This document shows, piece after piece, positions 1-8,870 of a stretch of 37,786 bases of DNA (position 1 is the first letter of the stretch; each line of letters begins with the position of its first letter). The notes below the pieces were generated by a model. It was not told where the DNA came from. It did no database searches and saw only the letters and a list, made by a program, of their open reading frames with translations. Source of the DNA: Patescibacteria group bacterium (lineage in GTDB: Bacteria > Patescibacteriota > Minisyncoccia > Phycocordibacterales > Phycocordibacteraceae); the NCBI GenBank assembly GCA_004322365.1, contig SCTS01000007.1, forward strand, positions 84,266-122,051, written 5' to 3'. The position numbers and the translations under genes are program-made.

Positions 1-209
1 GTGTTCTTTTTGATAACACCTCGCTTTGCTGCCTTATCGATAACGCTGTAGGCCTTTGCAAGCTCCGCCATCTGCTCTTTCTTATCTTTCCCAACAAATG
101 TGCGAGCTACTTTGACACCCTCTGCCATAGCGCGCTTGCGTCGAATATTGAATACACGCTTCCGGAGGGATGCGCGATGTGCCTTTTTTGCTCCTTTTGT
201 TATTGCCAT
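1..209 (-). CDS. rpsT: 30S ribosomal protein S20 (3' end runs off the window)
   Basis: Manual translation from ATG at 209: MAITKGAKKAHRASLRKRVFNIRRKRAM...AYSVIDKAAKRGVIKKN. The IDKAAKRGVIKKN motif is typical of S20. Not in the ORF track. Confidence 0.93.
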   Translation of the reverse strand, partial: MAITKGAKKAHRASLRKRVFNIRRKRAMAEGVKVARTFVGKDKKEQMAELAKAYSVIDKAAKRGVIKKN

Positions 210-237
210 TGTGTTCGCAGGCTACCACGAGTCGATA

Positions 238-294
238 CAGGATTCAAGATTCAGGTTTTAAAAGCTGACAGCTGGAACCTGACACCTAAAAGCT
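238..294. repeat. Inverted heptamer-repeat element, empty site
   Basis: CAGGATT CAAGATT CAGGTTT - TAAA - AGCTGAC AGCTGGA ACCTGAC ACCTAAA AGCT, between divergent rpsT and ruvA. Confidence 0.8.
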
Positions 295-312
295 CCCTGC
301 TACAATAGCCCT

Positions 313-885
313 ATGATTGGCTCTTTAGACGGCACCGTGCGAGGCATAATTCGTGACTCTATCATCCTTGAAATAAACGGGGTTGGTTATCGTGTTTCTG
401 TACCTATAGCAACGCTCACTGGAGCTAAAGAAGGTGACCATCTTTTCCTCTGGATACACATGGCAGTGCGCGAAACTGCACAAGACCTCTACGGATTTGA
501 AACTCAAAATGAACTTTCTTGGTTTGAACTTCTTCTTTCTGTTTCAGGTGTTGGGCCTAAATCAGCGCTCGGCATTATGAATGCGGTAGACACAAAATCC
601 TTGGAGAAAGCAATCGCAAGAAACGATGCTTCCATTCTTTCAAAATCATTCGGTGTAGGGAAAAAGACAGCAGAGAAAATAGTTCTTGAGCTTCGAGAAA
701 AAGTGGGTTCAGTCGAAGACAAGGGCACTGAGAGCGGGTCTGATGGTGATGTTGTTGATGCACTTGTCGGCCTGGGCTATTCACTTCGGGAAGCTCGTGA
801 CGCAGTGCATGCTGTTTCAAAAGACCTTGTAACGCCCGAGGCACGCCTCCGTGAAGCAATCCGTATTGCATCACGCTCTCGTTAA
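313..885 (+). CDS. ruvA: Holliday junction branch migration protein RuvA
   Basis: MIGSLDG..GVGY, LYGF, HhH motifs VSGVGPKSAL and GVGKKTAEKIVLEL, C-terminal ALVGLGY. Confidence 0.97.
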   Translation: MIGSLDGTVRGIIRDSIILEINGVGYRVSVPIATLTGAKEGDHLFLWIHMAVRETAQDLYGFETQNELSWFELLLSVSGVGPKSALGIMNAVDTKSLEKAIARNDASILSKSFGVGKKTAEKIVLELREKVGSVEDKGTESGSDGDVVDALVGLGYSLREARDAVHAVSKDLVTPEARLREAIRIASRSR

Positions 886-890
886 ACACT

Positions 891-2159
891 ATGGTACGGA
901 TACTAAAAAAGATACTAGAGAGACTCATACCGTCTTTTATTTTTTCTCGCATGATAGTTGCCTATCATTTTCTTTTATCACTTTTCAGCGCCCTCATTGC
1001 GGGGTTTCCCTCTCGTAAACTTTTTGTCATAGGTATCACTGGCACTAAAGGCAAGTCATCCGTATCTGAAATGATGAATGCAATACTTGAAGAAGCTGGT
1101 TATCGCACGGCACTTGCAAACACCATTCGTTTTAAAATAGACAAAGATTCAAGGCGAAACCTTTTCAAAATGACCATGCCGGGGCGTGGATTTTTACAAC
1201 ATTTTTTAAAGGAGGCAAAGAAAAAAGATTGCACCCATGTAGTATTTGAAATTACCTCAGAAGGCGCGCGTCAGTTTAGAAATGCCTTCATAGATCTTAA
1301 TGCACTGATATTCACCAATATCGCCCCTGAACATATTGAGTCGCACGGCTCATACGACGCGTACAAAAAAGCAAAAGTTTCAATTGGCATGTCTATACTT
1401 CGCTCATCAAAACGACCTCGCATCATTGTGGCAAATCCAAATGACGAAGTTGGAAAAAAGTTTCTAGCAATCCCTGCTGAGAAAGTCATTCCCTTCCAGC
1501 TTGACGACGCAAATCCATATCAAACCAATCCAAATAAAGTTTCAATGACTTTCAAAGGAGTCACCTTTGATGTGCCCTTCCCTGGTACCTTCACTATTGA
1601 GAACGCGCTCTCTGTTGCAACACTTGCTGACGCCATCGGCATTAGCCCTGAAGTAATAGGACGAGCACTTCAGCATATGCGACCGATTGAAGGCAGAGTT
1701 GAAAGAATTGAAATGGGGCAAAAATTCACTGCCGTGGTTGACTACGCCCACACGCCTGATTCTCTAAAGGCACTCTACGGCGCATTCCCACAGGTGCGAA
1801 AAATCTGTGTTTTAGGAAACACCGGTGGCGGCCGAGATACATGGAAGCGCGGAGAAATGGGTGCCATAGCAGATAAGGAATGCGATATCGTAATTCTCAC
1901 CAATGAGGATCCATACGATGAAGACCCGGTGAAGATAGTTGAAGCAATGCGAGCTGGCATGGCGCGCGCCCCTCTTGTAATTATGGATCGTCGTGAAGCT
2001 ATTACTCATGCGCTCCACCTTACACAAAGTGGAGACGCTGTACTTATAACAGGCAAAGGAACAGACCCTTACATAATGGGTGCCTCCGGAGAGAAAACCC
2101 CTTGGTCCGACTCTGGCGTTGTGCGAGAAGAGCTTGAAAAAATACTGCACAAAAAATAA
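891..2159 (+). CDS. murE: MurE-like Mur ligase (UDP-N-acetylmuramyl-tripeptide synthetase)
   Basis: GITGTKGKSS P-loop, FTNIAPEH, VVDYAHTPDSL, GGGRD, LITGKG. Confidence 0.85.
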   Translation: MVRILKKILERLIPSFIFSRMIVAYHFLLSLFSALIAGFPSRKLFVIGITGTKGKSSVSEMMNAILEEAGYRTALANTIRFKIDKDSRRNLFKMTMPGRGFLQHFLKEAKKKDCTHVVFEITSEGARQFRNAFIDLNALIFTNIAPEHIESHGSYDAYKKAKVSIGMSILRSSKRPRIIVANPNDEVGKKFLAIPAEKVIPFQLDDANPYQTNPNKVSMTFKGVTFDVPFPGTFTIENALSVATLADAIGISPEVIGRALQHMRPIEGRVERIEMGQKFTAVVDYAHTPDSLKALYGAFPQVRKICVLGNTGGGRDTWKRGEMGAIADKECDIVILTNEDPYDEDPVKIVEAMRAGMARAPLVIMDRREAITHALHLTQSGDAVLITGKGTDPYIMGASGEKTPWSDSGVVREELEKILHKK

Positions 2160-2191
2160 CAAAGTGCATTTGAGGTAGTATTATTCAATCT

Positions 2192-3172
2192 ATGGGCAAC
2201 GCAAAAGGTGATCTTTTAATAGTCATCCTACTTTTAATAGCGCTCGGCATTGCGTGGGTTATGACTGGTGGCCCTAGAAACACCATAGCTCATCAAAGCG
2301 GACTCTTCAGTGCACCTTGGCCTTTGGGGAATAATGGCAATGCATACAAAGTGCCATTAGTTCCGCTAGGAACGGGTGACGCATCTTCAAGTGACACATC
2401 CGACACCTCTAGTACGCCAATACCAAGCAACACAAAGACGAGCGTCTTTGATTCTTTCTTTGGATATCGCCCCGGAGTTGGGCGCGCAACAGACCCAAGC
2501 ATGTCACCTTATGCTGAGTTCGTTCGACTCGATCGCGGAAATGCAACAAGTCAAGACGCCAAAAATGAATATGTCACCATCCGCATTTCAGGTTCTCCAA
2601 AAAACAACTTAATTCTCACAGGCTGGATACTTCAAAGCAGTACAAATAGCACCAAGGTTGTCATTGGTCCCGCGGCACAAACTCCGTCACTCGGCAATAT
2701 AAATACCGATACATCAATCTCGGTAAATTCTGGCGCCACAATTCATGTGACCACAGGGAGATCACCAAACGGTGCGTCATTTCGAATCAACCAATGCACA
2801 GGGTATTTTGAACAGTTCCAAGATTTTTCTCCTGCGCTTCCACAAGACTGTCCACGACCACGAGATGAAATGTACTTATTCCCTGAGAAAACCGCAGGAA
2901 ATGCTGAGTGTGAAGCCTTCATTAATACACTCCGCCAATGCACACTTACCGTAACAGAAATTCCTGGGAAAATTGGCAACAACTGCCAAGACTTTGTCCT
3001 CAACAATCTTTCGTATAACGGATGTGTGATCAAACACAGAAATGATGCTGACTTCTATAAGAATGAGTGGCGAGTATTTTTAGGGCGCGATCAAGAGCTC
3101 TGGGGCAATAGCCATGACAGAGTTCTTCTCCTTGATGAGAACGGAAGGTTAGTTTCCTCAGTGAGTTATTAG
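2192..3172 (+). CDS. Membrane-anchored Cys-rich exported protein with lamin-tail-like segment
   Basis: N-terminal TM helix, Ser/Thr linker, NEYVTIR...LTGWIL resembles an LTD motif, six Cys in the C-terminal half. Confidence 0.6.
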   Translation: MGNAKGDLLIVILLLIALGIAWVMTGGPRNTIAHQSGLFSAPWPLGNNGNAYKVPLVPLGTGDASSSDTSDTSSTPIPSNTKTSVFDSFFGYRPGVGRATDPSMSPYAEFVRLDRGNATSQDAKNEYVTIRISGSPKNNLILTGWILQSSTNSTKVVIGPAAQTPSLGNINTDTSISVNSGATIHVTTGRSPNGASFRINQCTGYFEQFQDFSPALPQDCPRPRDEMYLFPEKTAGNAECEAFINTLRQCTLTVTEIPGKIGNNCQDFVLNNLSYNGCVIKHRNDADFYKNEWRVFLGRDQELWGNSHDRVLLLDENGRLVSSVSY

Positions 3173-3208
3173 ATTTCCCCTACTGCTACATAGTAGGTTT
3201 TTGAACTC

Positions 3209-3421
3209 CTATGTTTGGCTAGCTTCTTCCTTAATCAAACTCATAGTGTCGCTTTCCATAAATGTAACCTTCCCTCCTGGACGACGAATCCCTATTGAAT
3301 ATCGGAGAATTTCAATAACATCAAACAAGATACCGCCACGACGAACCTGGTCTCCCACCCCTACTTCGCCTCCCTGGACTTTCGCCCGTTCACGCTCAGG
3401 TTGTCGATCGTGCCGTCCCAT
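3209..3421 (-). CDS. Small hypothetical protein (70 aa), possible beta-barrel
   Basis: Fills the gap downstream of trmH on the same strand; -10-like TAGTAT 6 nt before the ATG. Confidence 0.5.
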   Translation of the reverse strand: MGRHDRQPERERAKVQGGEVGVGDQVRRGGILFDVIEILRYSIGIRRPGGKVTFMESDTMSLIKEEASQT

Positions 3422-3447
3422 CGCGCGATACTAATACTGCGCGAACT

Positions 3448-3936
3448 CTATGTCAAAGATTCTGATGCCTTGAAAAGAATAATCCCTGCCGCTACTGACA
3501 CATTCAAAGACTCCTTCGCTCCTCGCATAGGAATCTCAACTACTTCATCGCACACACGAAGAATCGCGGACGACACTCCGAGCACCTCGTTGCCTAAAAT
3601 AATCGCGAGAGGAAATTTTGGCTTCCATTTCGTGCAAGAAACTGCGCTTGGTGACTGCTCCCCTGCAACAATGTGCACACCACTCTTTTTTAATCTTTTT
3701 ATAAGTGCACCAACACTTTTACAAGATTCCCAGGGAATGATTTTTTCAGCACCGAGCGCGGTCTTTGCTATCTTATTGTCCGCACGGTTGAATCGATCAA
3801 GCGGAGCGGGAGTATAGCCAGTAAGATATATCTTCTGAATTCCTACTGCGTCAGCGGTACGAAATATCGCACCAACATTTTGTGCGCTCCGAATATTGTG
3901 GAGAATAAGAAAAAATTGTGCAGAGTTTAAATTCAC
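3448..3936 (-). CDS. TrmH/SpoU family RNA methyltransferase
   Basis: HNIRSAQNVGAIFRTADA, LGNEVLGV, IPMRGAKESLNVSVAAGI (SPOUT motifs). Confidence 0.92.
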   Translation of the reverse strand: MNLNSAQFFLILHNIRSAQNVGAIFRTADAVGIQKIYLTGYTPAPLDRFNRADNKIAKTALGAEKIIPWESCKSVGALIKRLKKSGVHIVAGEQSPSAVSCTKWKPKFPLAIILGNEVLGVSSAILRVCDEVVEIPMRGAKESLNVSVAAGIILFKASESLT

Positions 3937-3990
3937 AATGCATACCGTAGCATTTTGAAGCCAAATGCTCCATGTGCTACCATTTGTTGT

Positions 3991-4338
3991 ATGGAAAGTT
4001 TATTCCCCAGCCTCTTCACCTTCTCGTATTTCGCACCACTTATATTGCGTATCGCTATTGCAGTAGTCCTCTTTGAAGCTGCTCGTGGTACTTGGAAACA
4101 ACAAAAAAAGGGCAAGGTGGCATCTTTTACTTCCGCAATATTAGGTATTGCTCTCGTCTTTGGCGCATTTACACAACTTACTGCCATATTGGGGATTATA
4201 GAGATCGGCATTCTTACCGCACAGAGAGGTGTTCCTTCCATATTTCACAGAAGAGCTTTTGCGCTTCTTGTTATCGCAATTCTTCTTTCACTCTTGATCA
4301 CCGGCCCTGGGGCAATGGCAATAGACTTGCCGTACTAG
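3991..4338 (+). CDS. DoxX-like membrane protein
   Basis: Probable start ATG at 3991 (TACCAT -10-like element just upstream); four hydrophobic segments; PLILRI and C-terminal TGPGAMAID. Confidence 0.7.
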   Translation: MESLFPSLFTFSYFAPLILRIAIAVVLFEAARGTWKQQKKGKVASFTSAILGIALVFGAFTQLTAILGIIEIGILTAQRGVPSIFHRRAFALLVIAILLSLLITGPGAMAIDLPY

Positions 4339-4358
4339 TAAGGAAAATATCGGAAACA

Positions 4359-4748
4359 AAAAACAGCACGGATGTGCTGTTTTTAAAAGCTGTGCGGACA
4401 CAAATAAATTTCCTGGAAATTTTTCGCTGAGTCCCTTTTGTGGTCACCCGTCACTAAGTATTTTTCTTCGGAAACTTGAAAAATACTAAGTGCGCTCGAC
4501 CCCGCCTCGCCCGTCGCAAAGCGACATGGCTCCGGCACGCACCACAATATAAAAACGGCACGCAGGTGCCGTATTTTATTTGTGGTGCGCCCGCCTGGGC
4601 TCGCTTCTTACAGAAGCCTGTACAGGTTTCATATTCACTTCGCTTACGCTCATTCATTTATTTAACCTTTCGAACCCAGGACGCATGCAACAGTTTGCAT
4701 GCTCGGTCGCACAGCAAAAACAGCACCTGCGTGCTGTTTTTTAAGCTG

Positions 4749-4752
<4 letters not shown>
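4359..4752. repeat. Three related GCAC-N4-GTGC hairpins plus duplicated tRNA 3' end
   Basis: Hairpins at 4359-4384, 4538-4589 and 4708-4752; GTGCGCCCGCCTGGGCTCG is identical at 4585-4603 and 4748-4766. Confidence 0.8.
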
Positions 4753-4821
<69 letters not shown>

Positions 4822-5051
4822 AAGCGAGAAGGAAAGTGTCTGCGAAGCAGTGTTTTTGGAGCGGAGGGACAGAGGAAAGTTTTACTTTCATTCTGACTCG
4901 ACGAAACAAAAACAAGAGCGCTAGCGAACTTTCTTAGAGTGACCCGCCCGAAAGCTATGCTTACGGGTCAAAGTTTCCCCTCTTCTTCTTCAGATTCCAT
5001 CCTCGAGCATCGTTGCCCTTGGACAGATTCGTGGATTATGCTCTAAAAACT

Positions 5052-5744
5052 CTATTTTTTCAACAAGAACGCCTCGAGTAGATCTCCTAAGTTTCCTCCA
5101 CCCATACGAGAGTGGTGCACCATACGCACCAACTCCCGAGAAACTTCTTCACATCCGGCTTCCCCTAACCGCGATGCCGCTTTTTTTGCTTTGGAATAAA
5201 CGAAGGGGTGAATCCCTGTTCCTGCAACGGTTTTTGTTTTGGAAGCCAGCACCATCGCTCGTGCTTGCGATGTAAGCGTCCCGTGGATCTGTTCCGGCGC
5301 TGAACCAGATTCTATGAGTCTCCGATACACGATCCATGAATTTTTCCTGTCCCCTATCGCGAATGCGTCAGTCAGTGCAAATGCATTTGGTGCTGGTTTT
5401 ATCAGCTGTTCTTTATAATCAAACTCTTCAACCTCTGCATTAGTCCTCAAGTTCTTAAGAACTTGAGGACTAATCTCTGGCTGAATAATAATCACCAATG
5501 CGTCGCCTTCGGCTAAATCTTTCGCATGCTCGGCTAGCAGGAGTTTTCCATCATCGTCCTCAAGAGGCCTATCGAGAAGTAGCGTTGTCTTTGGAGCAAA
5601 AAGTCCACGGGCACTACGGTATCGAAGTACGCTCGTAAATAGTTCTCCCCCTTCACCAAAGCGCACAAGTTCAGACCCTTCCGCGAGCTTCATCGCGCGT
5701 GCCTTTGCTTTGACTACATCAGACCCAAGAAGAATGTAGAGCAT
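5052..5744 (-). CDS. holA: DNA polymerase III delta subunit-like (short HolA)
   Basis: MLYILLGSD start, GLFAPK, FALTDAF, IHPFVYSKA; downstream of polA. Confidence 0.75.
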   Translation of the reverse strand: MLYILLGSDVVKAKARAMKLAEGSELVRFGEGGELFTSVLRYRSARGLFAPKTTLLLDRPLEDDDGKLLLAEHAKDLAEGDALVIIIQPEISPQVLKNLRTNAEVEEFDYKEQLIKPAPNAFALTDAFAIGDRKNSWIVYRRLIESGSAPEQIHGTLTSQARAMVLASKTKTVAGTGIHPFVYSKAKKAASRLGEAGCEEVSRELVRMVHHSRMGGGNLGDLLEAFLLKK

Positions 5745-5756
5745 TTTAATAGAGTA

Positions 5757-5784
5757 CAGGTTTCGGGTTTCGGATTCCAGTTTT
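5757..5784. repeat. Heptamer-repeat arm upstream of holA
   Basis: CAGGTTT CGGGTTT CGGATTC CAGTTTT. Confidence 0.6.
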
Positions 5785-5796
5785 TCTTGTTTTTAA

Positions 5797-5838
5797 CTGT
5801 ATAGTATAACCTAACGATCGTTAAATTATACTATACAG
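5797..5838. repeat. 42-bp near-perfect palindrome
   Basis: CTGTATAGTATAA CC TAACGATCGTTA AA TTATACTATACAG (two mismatched pairs). Confidence 0.85.
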
Positions 5839-5920
5839 CTCTTTCCCCTTTATTTTTATTTGGTTTAAGAAAGTGAAAATCTAAAAATTAGATGCCCCTG
5901 TGGACCCGAAGGAGTGTCGC

Positions 5921-8347
5921 CTATACCCCTAGCTCTGTCATCTCTCCCCAATTAGGACCTGCCTCTCCAGAAACGAGAATGGGTATGCCTTTCATTTCAG
6001 ATGCAGGAATGACATTCTCCATTGCATGCCGTATTTCTTTTGCGACATCAGTAAGGATTGATTCTTTAACTTCAAAAATCAGTTCGTCATGAATCTGCAA
6101 CACAATCGCTGCGTCCGTGGCAAATTTTTCTTTGAGGACTTTAGCAATGCGCGCCATTGCAATCTTAATAATATCTGACTGCGTTCCCTGTAGTGGCGCG
6201 TTAATAGCCATGCGTTCTGCCATGGCGCGTACATACGGAATTTTTGAGCGGATGCCAGGGAAAAACCTACGGCGACCAAAATGAGTTGTGGTGTAGCCAA
6301 GTCGTGCAGCTGTTGCCCGTGTTTGCGTTAGGTATTCTGCAAGACCTGAAAATGTTTCAAAATAGCGATTATAAAATTCTTGCGCTTGCGCTCTGTCTCC
6401 ACCTAAATTTTCTCGAAGAGCATTCACCCCCATACCGTAGAGAATGCCGAAGTTAATAACTTTGGCACTTCGCCTCATATCATACGTAACCTCTTTTTGC
6501 GGAACACCGTACACTTCTGCCGCTACCGCAGAATGCACATCTTCACCTCGTTTAAAAATATCGATTAATTTTTCATCTCCTGAAAGAAACGCAGCGAGTC
6601 GAAGTTCTATTTGTGAGTAGTCGAACGCAGCAAGCACAAAACCCTTTGGCGCAATAAACCCTCGTCGAATGCGACGACCGAGTTCGCTCTTAACGGGGAT
6701 ATTTTGGAGGTTTGGATTATGCGATGAAATGCGCCCCGTTGTTGTCCCTGTTTGTATAAACGAAGTGTGGAGTCTATTGTCGCTGGCCAGAAGAGGTGGA
6801 ATTGCATCGATGTAGGTTGAAAGAAGTTTTTGGAGTTCTCGATGGGACAGTATGTGTTCAATGATTGGGTGCTCCCCTTTTAACTTCACAAGTTCGGACT
6901 CGCGTGTTGAGAGTTGCCCTGTGGCAGTTTTCTTTTGTCGTTTCCCAGCAATACCAATACCTAATTTTGTAAATAAAATTTCTCCGAGTTGCTTTGGAGA
7001 ATTAATATTAAATTCTTCCCCTGCTGCATCACAAATTTTCTTAGCAAGCGCATCTAATTCTTTGTGATATTCCTTTGAGAGATTCGCTAGATACTCCTTA
7101 TCCACCAAAACACCGTGCGCATTAATCGCTTCAATAACAGGAATGAGCGGTTTCTCAATATTTTCAAAAACCTCTTTCAATTCTTCTTTTTCTATCAGAG
7201 CAGTAAGTTTCGCGTGTGCCTCTGGTACTGTCTTTGATTTGGTGTTTGCAAGCACATCATCGAGCGTCGGATTCGTAATATCTGACTGCGTAAGCCACAG
7301 CATTATCTTCGCTTCCGCAAACAACTTCTTTTCTGCGTCAGGCACTGTTTCTATTGAGGATAGGGATTGTTGTCGGGGGGCATCACCTTCTTCCCCCGCA
7401 TCAGTCTTTGTATTTTTTTGTGGCTTTGATGAAAGAGCGCTCATTCTCGGCACCAAGGAACGAAATCCGAGGTCAGTGAAAAGGCTGGTGGCATGAGCAA
7501 CATCAAGTGTATCTGCAAATGATTTTTCCGGTTCCTTGAAAGCGACCGGCGCATCAGTGCGTATGGTCGCCAAAACTTTAGAAAATTCGGCTTCATCTTC
7601 ATGGTCACGGAGCAAATTAAGGTTACGGGGAGATATTCCAACTTCTTTCCATTTCTCCTCTGTCCATTTTTTATTATGTACCGCCTTATACACACCTTCC
7701 ATGGAATCAAATTCTTGTAGAAGCTTCGTTGCGGTCTTTTCGCCAATCCCAGGAATACCAATGATGTTGTCTGAGGGGTCACCGGCGAATCCTTTGTAGT
7801 CAGGGATTCGTACTGGCAAAAATCCATATCGAGCTAGTACGGCTTTCTCGTCATAAAGAATGGTGTCTTGAATACCTTTACGAAGCGTAAAAACCCGAAC
7901 ACGCTCATCATCAACTAACTGCAAGGTATCCATATCTCCTGAGGCGATGATGACATCAAAATTTTTCTTTGCATTTACAGCAATTGTGCCAATAACATCA
8001 TCAGCTTCAAACCCTGGCATTTCATAAATAGGAATACTAAAAGCTGACAAAATATCTCGTGAGCGATTAATTTGCGTTATGAGCGAATCATCAATTTGTG
8101 GTCGTTTTGCTTTATATTCTTTGTATACTTCGTGGCGATGTGTTGGCCCCGGTAAATCGTACGCTGCGACAACATGGTCAGGCTTTAAGTCCTTGATGAT
8201 TTTAATAAGCATCGCCGCAAGACCATACACCGCATTCACAGGCTCACCCGATGGAGATGTCATCTCAGGAATTGCATGATACGCACGATGAATAATCGCG
8301 TGCGTATCGAGGAGAATAAGGGTTTCTTTTTTCTTTTTTGAACTCAT
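5921..8347 (-). CDS. polA: DNA polymerase I
   Basis: 5'-3' exonuclease motifs EADDVIGT and GDPSDNIIGIPGIGEKTA; family A motifs DYSQIELR, AKVINFGILYG, QIHDEL. Confidence 0.97.
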   Translation of the reverse strand: MSSKKKKETLILLDTHAIIHRAYHAIPEMTSPSGEPVNAVYGLAAMLIKIIKDLKPDHVVAAYDLPGPTHRHEVYKEYKAKRPQIDDSLITQINRSRDILSAFSIPIYEMPGFEADDVIGTIAVNAKKNFDVIIASGDMDTLQLVDDERVRVFTLRKGIQDTILYDEKAVLARYGFLPVRIPDYKGFAGDPSDNIIGIPGIGEKTATKLLQEFDSMEGVYKAVHNKKWTEEKWKEVGISPRNLNLLRDHEDEAEFSKVLATIRTDAPVAFKEPEKSFADTLDVAHATSLFTDLGFRSLVPRMSALSSKPQKNTKTDAGEEGDAPRQQSLSSIETVPDAEKKLFAEAKIMLWLTQSDITNPTLDDVLANTKSKTVPEAHAKLTALIEKEELKEVFENIEKPLIPVIEAINAHGVLVDKEYLANLSKEYHKELDALAKKICDAAGEEFNINSPKQLGEILFTKLGIGIAGKRQKKTATGQLSTRESELVKLKGEHPIIEHILSHRELQKLLSTYIDAIPPLLASDNRLHTSFIQTGTTTGRISSHNPNLQNIPVKSELGRRIRRGFIAPKGFVLAAFDYSQIELRLAAFLSGDEKLIDIFKRGEDVHSAVAAEVYGVPQKEVTYDMRRSAKVINFGILYGMGVNALRENLGGDRAQAQEFYNRYFETFSGLAEYLTQTRATAARLGYTTTHFGRRRFFPGIRSKIPYVRAMAERMAINAPLQGTQSDIIKIAMARIAKVLKEKFATDAAIVLQIHDELIFEVKESILTDVAKEIRHAMENVIPASEMKGIPILVSGEAGPNWGEMTELGV

Positions 8348-8775
8348 GCTTTTTTTTCTTCAATATTCCTAACGTTTTCGCCTATTACGGTAAAATTCAA
8401 AGTGTGTGTCCCTGTAGGTATTCCTCCTGGAGCTCTATCAACCCACTCTACGAGAACCAAATTTTTCGGATCATTCAAAAAATCTTTCCACCCAATGGTG
8501 TCGGATTCCCCACTTAGAAGACGGTATGCATCGATATGCACAAGACGCTCGAAAGGCTGGTGATTGATTGTATATGTTTGAGCAATAACAAAAGTTGGGC
8601 TTGTTACACTCCGAGCGATACCAAGTAGTTTGGCAACTTCTTGTACAAACGCCGTTTTACCCGCACCAAGTTCTCCCAAAAGCCCCACAACATAAGCCTT
8701 TGTTCCGAGCTCTTTTGGCAAACTCTCTACAAACTGCTTTGCATAAGCTGGTAATTCTTCCAATGCTACTTTCAT
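8344..8775 (-). CDS. tsaE: tRNA threonylcarbamoyladenosine biosynthesis ATPase TsaE
   Basis: GELGAGKT, SPTF, HIDAYRL, VEW; start moved to ATG at 8775. Confidence 0.94.
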   Translation of the reverse strand: MKVALEELPAYAKQFVESLPKELGTKAYVVGLLGELGAGKTAFVQEVAKLLGIARSVTSPTFVIAQTYTINHQPFERLVHIDAYRLLSGESDTIGWKDFLNDPKNLVLVEWVDRAPGGIPTGTHTLNFTVIGENVRNIEEKKA

Positions 8776-8816
8776 ATTTCTTATATCAGTATAGTGCGGT
8801 TTCTTAGATGTTCCCA

Positions 8817-8851
8817 AACTAACCCCTAGCACCTAGAACCTAAAACCTAGC
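8817..8851. repeat. Heptamer-repeat arm upstream of pilB
   Basis: AACTAAC CCCTAGC ACCTAGA ACCTAAA ACCTAGC, followed by TACTAT (-10-like, 8859-8864). Confidence 0.8.
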
Positions 8852-8870
8852 TTTAAGGTACTATTGCTCT

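Noticed and set aside
4583-4680. Second tRNA gene with a T-loop intron
   Set aside because: No D-arm or anticodon arm is recognisable; the segment is better explained as direct and inverted copies of the tRNA 3' end.
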